Shown here piece after piece: positions 25,999 to 32,000 of a DNA stretch of 32,000 nt. The notes under the pieces are model-generated. The model was not told the DNA's origin. It searched no databases and saw nothing but the letters and a program-made list of their open reading frames with translations. Source of the stretch: Nitrosopumilus maritimus SCM1 (GTDB lineage Archaea; Thermoproteota; Nitrososphaeria; Nitrososphaerales; Nitrosopumilaceae); contig NC_010085.1 in assembly GCF_000018465.1 (NCBI RefSeq), forward strand, positions 540,001 through 572,000. Direction: 5' to 3'. The translations under genes and the position numbers were made by a program. Positions within the stretch are counted from its first letter, which is position 1. Every line of letters starts with the position of its first letter.

Positions 25999-26637
25999 TT
26001 ACGGTGATTCTAAAATTTGTTTAATTTTTTCTGCAACGTGAGGTTTCTCTTTTTGTTCTAAAAGGAATTTCAAATCTTCTGCATTATCTACATCCCACAT
26101 GATTCTCTTGACAAACACCATTGCAACATTTAGTGTGTGTTCTTTTGCAGTGCTCATGTGAATTTTGTAACTGTCTTCATCATAATGAGTCTCCATCAAA
26201 TCTATTGGCATTCTAACAAGTGCGTTTGTTCCATCAAATCTTCTTGATGGAACGATTATTGCAAAGTTGGGATGCATTTTGTAGTTTAACATAAAATCAA
26301 TATCTTGTGTTTTGATGTATGGTATATCTTGAGGAAATACCATTGATGCATCAAAATTATTTTCTAATAGATACTTGTCTGCAAGTGCAACTGCACTATT
26401 GACACTTTCTTCTTTCTCATCAATTATTGTATGAACTTTGAATTTTTTTCCAATCTCAATTGCTTTTTCTTCTTTTGTAACCATTACAACTTTGTCAATT
26501 TGAGGTGAGATTGAAACTGTCTGCAGAATTTCTTCTAACATCACTTTACACAAATCTTCAACTTTTTGTGGAGGTAAATCTAAACGAGTTTTTGCATTAG
26601 AGAAAGTCTTTACAGGAATTATTGCAGCTATTTTCAA
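25999..26637 (-). CDS. cofC: 2-phospho-L-lactate guanylyltransferase CofC (F420 biosynthesis)
   Basis: 212 aa; AAIIPVKTFSNAKTRL, VFPQDIPYI, FAIIVPSRRFDGTNALVRMP. Confidence 0.92.
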   Translation of the reverse strand: MKIAAIIPVKTFSNAKTRLDLPPQKVEDLCKVMLEEILQTVSISPQIDKVVMVTKEEKAIEIGKKFKVHTIIDEKEESVNSAVALADKYLLENNFDASMVFPQDIPYIKTQDIDFMLNYKMHPNFAIIVPSRRFDGTNALVRMPIDLMETHYDEDSYKIHMSTAKEHTLNVAMVFVKRIMWDVDNAEDLKFLLEQKEKPHVAEKIKQILESP

Positions 26638-26638
26638 A

Positions 26639-27598
26639 TTATACGTGTACTTGTTTTAGGATAAAGTTTGCTAGTGCATCTTCAGCTTGTTTATTTTTCA
26701 TAGTTATTTTAGTTTCAAAAACTTTCATGTCTAAACTTTGAATTTTTTTTGATAGCATTCTGTCTTTAGTGTCTATAATTATGTTGGAACATACATCTGA
26801 ATACATCTTGGCTAATCCATATGCATTTGATTCTATGCCTGCAGCCTGCATGTATTTTGCAGCAGGACCACTTATTGCATTATCTCCAATTAATGGACTT
26901 ATTGCTACTACTTTTTTCTTAATTTTTGATAATTCTTTTCTGATTCCTTTAATCTGAAGCATTGGTCCAATTGATGTTAGGGGATTTCCAGGAGCTAAAA
27001 TTACCATGTCTGCATCATGAATTGCATTTACAGCTTCAGGATTTGGACGGGCTTTGTCAGCTCCAATGTATTGAATTCCTTCAACTGGGTCTCTTCCCCT
27101 ATGTTTCACCCAATACTCTTGTAAGTGTAATTCTCCTTTGTCTGTAATGATTCTTGTTTCAATGCTGTTGTCCGTTACTGGAATAATATTTGCACTAACT
27201 GCAAATTTTTCACACATCCATTTTGTAATGTCGCTAAGATTTTTTCCATTCTTTAACATGTTTGTTCTAATTAGATGAGTTGCAGCATCTCTGTCTCCAA
27301 CTCTAAACCATGTCTCTTCACCAAACACTTCCATTTGACGTAAAAAGTTGAAAGTATCCTTCTTGATTCCCCAGCCTTTCTCTGGATCTAGTAAATCTGC
27401 TAATCCGTACACAATTGTATCAATATCTGGACACACATAGAGTCCGTATAACCAATAATTATCACCTACATTACTTACTACATTGACTTTGGATTCTTGA
27501 GAAACTAATCCTCTGACTAGCTTGACTGAACCTGTTCCTCCTGCTAAAACTGTAATCATATCATTTTCTCCTAAAACTGCAAAGTCTGCCGTGTTCAC
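26639..27598 (-). CDS. cofD: 2-phospho-L-lactate transferase CofD (F420 biosynthesis)
   Basis: 319 aa; VLAGGTGSVKLVRGL, NVGDNYWLYGLYVCPDIDTIVYGLAD, VILAPGNPLTSIGPML, SPLIGDNAISGPAAKYM. Confidence 0.95.
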   Translation of the reverse strand: MNTADFAVLGENDMITVLAGGTGSVKLVRGLVSQESKVNVVSNVGDNYWLYGLYVCPDIDTIVYGLADLLDPEKGWGIKKDTFNFLRQMEVFGEETWFRVGDRDAATHLIRTNMLKNGKNLSDITKWMCEKFAVSANIIPVTDNSIETRIITDKGELHLQEYWVKHRGRDPVEGIQYIGADKARPNPEAVNAIHDADMVILAPGNPLTSIGPMLQIKGIRKELSKIKKKVVAISPLIGDNAISGPAAKYMQAAGIESNAYGLAKMYSDVCSNIIIDTKDRMLSKKIQSLDMKVFETKITMKNKQAEDALANFILKQVHV

Positions 27599-27674
27599 TC
27601 CATATTACTTTTTCAAAAAATTGCGATCTATGTCTTGGATAAGTTTATTACTGTAAATAATTGCTCAGTAGATC

Positions 27675-29051
27675 GTGTCTAGGGCAGTCGTTTTAACCGT
27701 ATTACTTGCTGGTCTTATCGTCGTAGGTTCTACTGGTTCTGTTTTTGGTGCCCAAATGGATGCAAGAATTAACCCAAACAATGAGACTTCACCATTTAAG
27801 ATGAATTACCAAAAAACAGTATTCATCGAGTACCCAAATGGTGGACAGCTATTTGATGTCTTACAAGGTCAAGAATGGTCAGTTATTGGCGAAGCTGATA
27901 TCTCAGATCCTGGCGTCAAATCTTTAATGACTCAACTAAATAACAAAATCAAGGCAGATGGCAGTCAAGCCCAAATTACTGACTTAAACGTCTCTTATGA
28001 TATTCACCTTAAAGCAAGAAACATCAACACATCAGTCGATTACAGAGTAATCATTGAAGGAACTCTTTCAAACTATGTAATTACTCAAGACTCTCTAAAA
28101 ACCCTGATTGATTTAGGATGGAGAGGACTCACTGCAACTGATGAAGTTGTAATTGATGGACATGAACTAAATTTCCCAATTAACATTTTACTTGAAATGG
28201 AACCTGAAGCCGCAGCATTCTTTGTAGGAACTGAAGCTGAAGAAGTTTTACACAGAAATCTTATTGATGCTGACTTTATCTTGGAACAACCATTAACAAA
28301 CTGGCACTTTTTGTTTGACCCAACTGGTATCAACGTTGATGCTGGAACATTTGGTCTAAGTGATGAGATTGCAGGTTATGTTGTTTCTAGTTGGACTATG
28401 GGTGAAAGTAGTCTTAGAGAAGGAAGACAAGTAGAAAGAGTCTATGAAGCCGAAGTAATGGCTGATCAACTATATATTGTTAGAAGTGTTCAATCCTCAG
28501 ACCAAGGTAACTTGTATGCAATTGGATTTGGTGCTTTAGATATTTTTGATGGTGTTGAGATTGCAGGTGTAACTCCAACTCCTCCAGAAGATTATGCTAC
28601 TACATCAACAGGTGATTTCCCTGTTATGATTATCTATGGAATGGCAGCCATTGCAGGTATTGCTGGCGGTGCATTCTTTATGTTTAGTAACCGTGCTCTC
28701 AAGAATGAGAAGACTGGTCAACAAGGAATTGACCCAAATAGATTAGTAGGTTATCAAACTAGTGTCTCATCTGGTGGTTACCAAACCAACAGAGGTGAAG
28801 CACAACTAGCAGATGGTTCTGATTATCAACAAACAAGAAGTATGTATGATGATTCTTCAAATTCAACTCAAAGCCCTCCTCCACAACCAGAAGCAACTCC
28901 TACCGCAGCAGAAGAAGCCGCATGTGGATGTGCAGCATCCGCTGAAATGGGCTCAGAATGTGATTGTGCAATGCAAGGAGCATGTTTGTGTGATGCAACA
29001 TGTCCATGTAATGCAGATATTTGTAAAGAAAACGCTCGTGAAATGAGTTAG
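27675..29051 (+). CDS. Membrane-anchored exported protein with cysteine-rich C-terminal tail
   Basis: 458 aa; N-terminal signal, large ectodomain, TM helix MIIYGMAAIAGIAGGAFFMF, tail CGC...CDC...CLC...CPC...C. GTG start. Confidence 0.8.
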   Translation: MSRAVVLTVLLAGLIVVGSTGSVFGAQMDARINPNNETSPFKMNYQKTVFIEYPNGGQLFDVLQGQEWSVIGEADISDPGVKSLMTQLNNKIKADGSQAQITDLNVSYDIHLKARNINTSVDYRVIIEGTLSNYVITQDSLKTLIDLGWRGLTATDEVVIDGHELNFPINILLEMEPEAAAFFVGTEAEEVLHRNLIDADFILEQPLTNWHFLFDPTGINVDAGTFGLSDEIAGYVVSSWTMGESSLREGRQVERVYEAEVMADQLYIVRSVQSSDQGNLYAIGFGALDIFDGVEIAGVTPTPPEDYATTSTGDFPVMIIYGMAAIAGIAGGAFFMFSNRALKNEKTGQQGIDPNRLVGYQTSVSSGGYQTNRGEAQLADGSDYQQTRSMYDDSSNSTQSPPPQPEATPTAAEEAACGCAASAEMGSECDCAMQGACLCDATCPCNADICKENAREMS

Positions 29052-29082
29052 ATTTTAGAAAAATATTTTCTAGTTTTTACTA

Positions 29083-29382
29083 ATGGGGTTTCTATCTAAT
29101 TTTCGTAAAGAATTACAATCTGCAAAAGCAAAAAAGGCAGCTCAAATTAATGGTAAAACTCTCAAAGGATTGCTAAAGACATTCAAGGAAGAAAGAGACC
29201 AAGTAGAAAAAGAAACTGGAACTCGTCCTGAGATTGATGATACAACCCGAATGTACATGCAAAAAGTTCTAAACGTTTGGATTTCTGAAGGAAAAAATAT
29301 TGATGAAGAAAAGTTTTGGAGAGAAGTAGATTACAATAGACAGTTTACTCATCCAGTTGAATATTATGAAATTAAAAATTGA
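29083..29382 (+). CDS. Conserved-looking hypothetical protein
   Basis: 99 aa, highly charged helical ORF with good coding character (FLSNFRKELQSAKAKKAAQINGKTLKGLLKTFKEERDQVEKETG). Confidence 0.7.
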   Translation: MGFLSNFRKELQSAKAKKAAQINGKTLKGLLKTFKEERDQVEKETGTRPEIDDTTRMYMQKVLNVWISEGKNIDEEKFWREVDYNRQFTHPVEYYEIKN

Positions 29383-29385
29383 AAA

Positions 29386-29670
29386 ATGTGTGCTGGGAGT
29401 AACCCTCCTTCTGTTTTCACGATATTTCGCTTTGCAGCCTACCTGAACTTAGTACAGGAACTTACAGTTCTGTTTGGCTTTGCTCCATGTGGGTCGGCTT
29501 TTTCATTCCTTTTATGGAAACCTCAGGCTTTCACCATCACCGTGCGCCATATTGGATTTTTTTCTGCTCCGTTGCCAATCATCTCTGATTATCCATCTCC
29601 GGATCACATGTCCTGTATGGAGGGAGGAGTTTCCTCTGCCGTAGCAGCGTGTCGTGCTCCAGCTCACATA
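29386..29670 (-). ncRNA. rnpB: RNase P RNA (archaeal)
   Basis: Minus strand carries, in order: CR-I-like GAGGAAACTCC (29626..29636), GGCAACGG, CR-IV GGAGCAAAGCCAAACAG (29470..29486), CR-V-like ACAGAAGGAGGGTTA (29400..29414). P4 pairs AAC(U)CCUCC with GGAGGGUU, keeping the bulged U. P1 arms are TGTGaGCTGG at the 5' end and CCAGCACACA at the 3' end. Ends are approximate. Confidence 0.93.
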
Positions 29671-29704
29671 ACTATGCTTTTGATTTATTGAATTTGAATA
29701 TTGC

Positions 29705-30328
29705 TTAGTTTTTTGTGCCTATAATAAATAAAGTTCCAAATTCTCTCTTCCACTTTTTTCTACTCTTCAAATCTTTGATGTGTTTTGTTTTTATTTGGAA
29801 TCCTGCATTTTTGAAAAATTCTTTCCATTCTTTTTTTGAATGAAGGTGCATTTGGATTTTCATAACATCCTTCCATCTTGCAGTTGCTTTATTGTCTGTG
29901 TAAAAATCAGTACCACAGAAAAACTGGCCTCCTGGTTTTAACATCTTGAATATTTTTTTGAGTGCTTCTTCTATAGAGTCTGAATAGTAAAGTGCCTCCA
30001 TTGAAAAAATATAATCAAACTTTCCTCCATACTTCCATGATTCAATGTCCGTATGAACAAATCCTTCTTTCTTACTAACTATCTTCTTTTTTGCTTGAAT
30101 GATCATTTTCTTGCTTTTATCAATCCCTATTGCTCTTTTACAATTATTCTCTTTTGCAATTTTTCTTACAACCCATCCATTTCCACATCCTACGTCAAGA
30201 AAAGTAAATGGTCCATCAAATGATATTGAATTCAAAAATTTTGATACATTTTTTCCGTGCTCAACTTCCATTAATTCTGCTCTACCATTTTGAGCCCACT
30301 CATCAAATGTTCTTCTGACCCCGTCCAT
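29705..30328 (-). CDS. Class I SAM-dependent methyltransferase
   Basis: 207 aa; FTFLDVGCGNGWVVRKIAK, AIGIDKSKKMIIQAKKKI, FDYIFSMEALYYSDSIEEALKKIFKMLKPGG. Confidence 0.9.
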   Translation of the reverse strand: MDGVRRTFDEWAQNGRAELMEVEHGKNVSKFLNSISFDGPFTFLDVGCGNGWVVRKIAKENNCKRAIGIDKSKKMIIQAKKKIVSKKEGFVHTDIESWKYGGKFDYIFSMEALYYSDSIEEALKKIFKMLKPGGQFFCGTDFYTDNKATARWKDVMKIQMHLHSKKEWKEFFKNAGFQIKTKHIKDLKSRKKWKREFGTLFIIGTKN

Positions 30329-30438
30329 GAATTTTGTTTTTTTATTTTACATTATAACCTTCGTCTTACTGATGATTTGGATGAATGATTCCTACGTGTG
30401 TCTTATATTCAAATTTTACAAATAATATTTGAATAGAA

Positions 30439-30654
30439 ATGCCTGATGAATCATGTAGAAGATGTGGTGGAAATCTAACCGAGCATACAAAATGTGCTCA
30501 TTGTTTGAAACCTAACAGCATGATTTGTCAAGATTGTGCTATGTGCACTGTTGAGCAATTTCATTCAATTTGTGTGTCTGTGGAGACGAATCAAATCAAT
30601 ACCGTGCCATTTTTCAAGTCTGACAGCTACTATGACGTAGCTGTCATGGCTTGA
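30439..30654 (+). CDS. Small zinc-binding (multi-CxxC) hypothetical protein
   Basis: 71 aa; SCRRCGGNLTEHTKCAHCLKPNSMICQDCAMCT. Confidence 0.65.
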   Translation: MPDESCRRCGGNLTEHTKCAHCLKPNSMICQDCAMCTVEQFHSICVSVETNQINTVPFFKSDSYYDVAVMA

Positions 30655-30702
30655 TTTTAAAACAAGATATTACTGATGATTACTGCCTAAATCTTAAGTA
30701 TA

Positions 30703-32000
30703 ATGAGCCTCGGTTTTCACTTTGTGAGGCAAATTCCAATTGTTTTGTGCTTGTTTGTGATCTTACTGATGCCTGTGTATGCCTTTGCTCAGAGTCCTGA
30801 TAGAATAACTATTCTTGATAATTTTGGAGATTATGAACATGGTGAACCCCTATTTGTTTATGGACAGATTGCCAATTTGGTTGATGATTCTTTCCTGATA
30901 ATGCAAATCATAAACCCTCATGGAGATTTATGTCAAATCCAACAACTAATTCCACAAGAAAATGGCGTGTTTCTTACTGATGTCATTCCATTAAAGGGTA
31001 GAATATGTGGGCTCCCTGGTGAATATGAAATTAAATTATTTTATGGTGATTACACAAAATCTACTAAATTCAATGTGTCTTCTGATATTCACTCTGAATC
31101 AACTACTGAACAAAAAGTTCTCTTAGCACAAACCTTGGTATCTGAACATGCCTCATTGATTAGTGAAACATTTGATATTTCAAATCCTATATCTAATGAA
31201 ATTCCTGACACTCTATCTGAATTAAAATCAACATACGTGGATTTGTGGGATGAATTTTTTGTTGATGAATTAATTTTTGAAATTAATCCTTTGATAAGAC
31301 CTGCTGTTGTAAATTCTTTGGATTCTGTACAGGAACTATTGGACCAAGATGAAATTTCTTTTGAAATTGCAAAATCTATAGAAAGAACTGTTTTTGAAGC
31401 AATATTTTATTATGAAATTAATGATAAAACAACTGCAATCAATTTACTATCTGATATTTTTGTTGACATTACAAATGTAAATCCTGAAAAAACTGTTTCT
31501 CCACGGGCTCCTTCATTTGATGAGTTAGAAGAAACTCTGCTAAACTTGATGAAAAAATCTGATACTGTTATGAGTAAATCTGTAAAAACTGAAATTGGCT
31601 TTATTTTTGCAAGAGGAACTGCTCCAATTTACTCTGATGATATTACTGAATTAATCGACCTTCTTTCAAAATCAAGATATCTTGATATTGTTTCTAGAAA
31701 ACAAAGTGACCTGTATAGACTTGTCAACAATGATTGGGAATCAGTAAAACCTTCTCTTACTGAAAAAGAATCTATATCTGAGTTACTTGCATCTAGTGCC
31801 CGTGTGTCTGAATTACACCAAGCATCAATTATCCTAAAAGACATGTCTGATGTTGAAAGATTTGTATCTTCAGATTCTGAAGAAAACACTGATCTTATTA
31901 ATTTGGTAAAACCTGAATGGGATAATTTAGAATCTAAACTAGTCTTAGCTACATCTGTTGATGAAATCTTAGAATCTGAATCTGAAATTGATCAAATGGT
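30703..32000 (+). CDS. Exported hypothetical protein, truncated by the window end
   Basis: Open frame from ATG 30703 to the window end: MSLGFHFVRQIPIVLCLFVILLMPVYAFAQSPDRITILDNFGDYEHGEPLFVYGQIANLVDDSFLIMQIINP... Signal peptide then a beta-rich domain. Absent from the ORF track because it has no stop. Confidence 0.85.
   Translation, partial: MSLGFHFVRQIPIVLCLFVILLMPVYAFAQSPDRITILDNFGDYEHGEPLFVYGQIANLVDDSFLIMQIINPHGDLCQIQQLIPQENGVFLTDVIPLKGRICGLPGEYEIKLFYGDYTKSTKFNVSSDIHSESTTEQKVLLAQTLVSEHASLISETFDISNPISNEIPDTLSELKSTYVDLWDEFFVDELIFEINPLIRPAVVNSLDSVQELLDQDEISFEIAKSIERTVFEAIFYYEINDKTTAINLLSDIFVDITNVNPEKTVSPRAPSFDELEETLLNLMKKSDTVMSKSVKTEIGFIFARGTAPIYSDDITELIDLLSKSRYLDIVSRKQSDLYRLVNNDWESVKPSLTEKESISELLASSARVSELHQASIILKDMSDVERFVSSDSEENTDLINLVKPEWDNLESKLVLATSVDEILESESEIDQM

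Noticed and set aside
29386-29691. 101-aa plus-strand ORF (MCAGSNPPSVFTIFRFAAYLN...)
   Set aside because: It lies exactly antisense to the RNase P RNA and its peptide has no coherent features. The conserved nucleotide motifs on the minus strand explain the region.
1-32000. tRNA genes, rRNA, CRISPR arrays and transposase genes
   Set aside because: Intergenic regions were read on both strands. No cloverleaf-like tRNA, periodic repeats, or IS transposase ORF was found. A structured search (tRNAscan-SE, CRISPR finder) was not possible here.

Overview
This AT-rich archaeal window is most consistent with a Nitrososphaerota/Thaumarchaeota chromosome. It contains sec61-beta, TFB, eIF1/SUI1, Tsr3, cofC-cofD, DUF2070 and an archaeal-type RNase P RNA. 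The left ~14 kb reads as an accessory defence/mobile region: a complete type I restriction-modification locus (hsdS, hsdM, second hsdS, hsdR, YgjP-like metallopeptidase), a single-chain HSDR_N + N6-methylase + TRD protein with an overlapping unknown ORF, a tyrosine recombinase, and an overlapping DUF5343 / Swt1-like HEPN gene pair. The best lead is a 39-bp perfect inverted repeat (1458..1496 and 3160..3198). It lies in frame at the 5' ends of the two oppositely oriented hsdS genes and brackets the whole hsdM gene. Inversion would switch hsdM from an hsdM-hsdS1 operon to a canonical hsdM-hsdS2-hsdR operon, a candidate archaeal specificity switch in which the invertible cargo is the methyltransferase gene. 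Two genes missed by the ORF track were recovered by reading the sequence: an RNase P RNA (minus, ~29386..29670), overlain by a spurious 101-aa ORF, and a 54-aa Sec61-beta gene (minus, 23049..23213). Two CDSs truncated by the window edges were also found. All family names come from reading motifs by eye; no database search was run.
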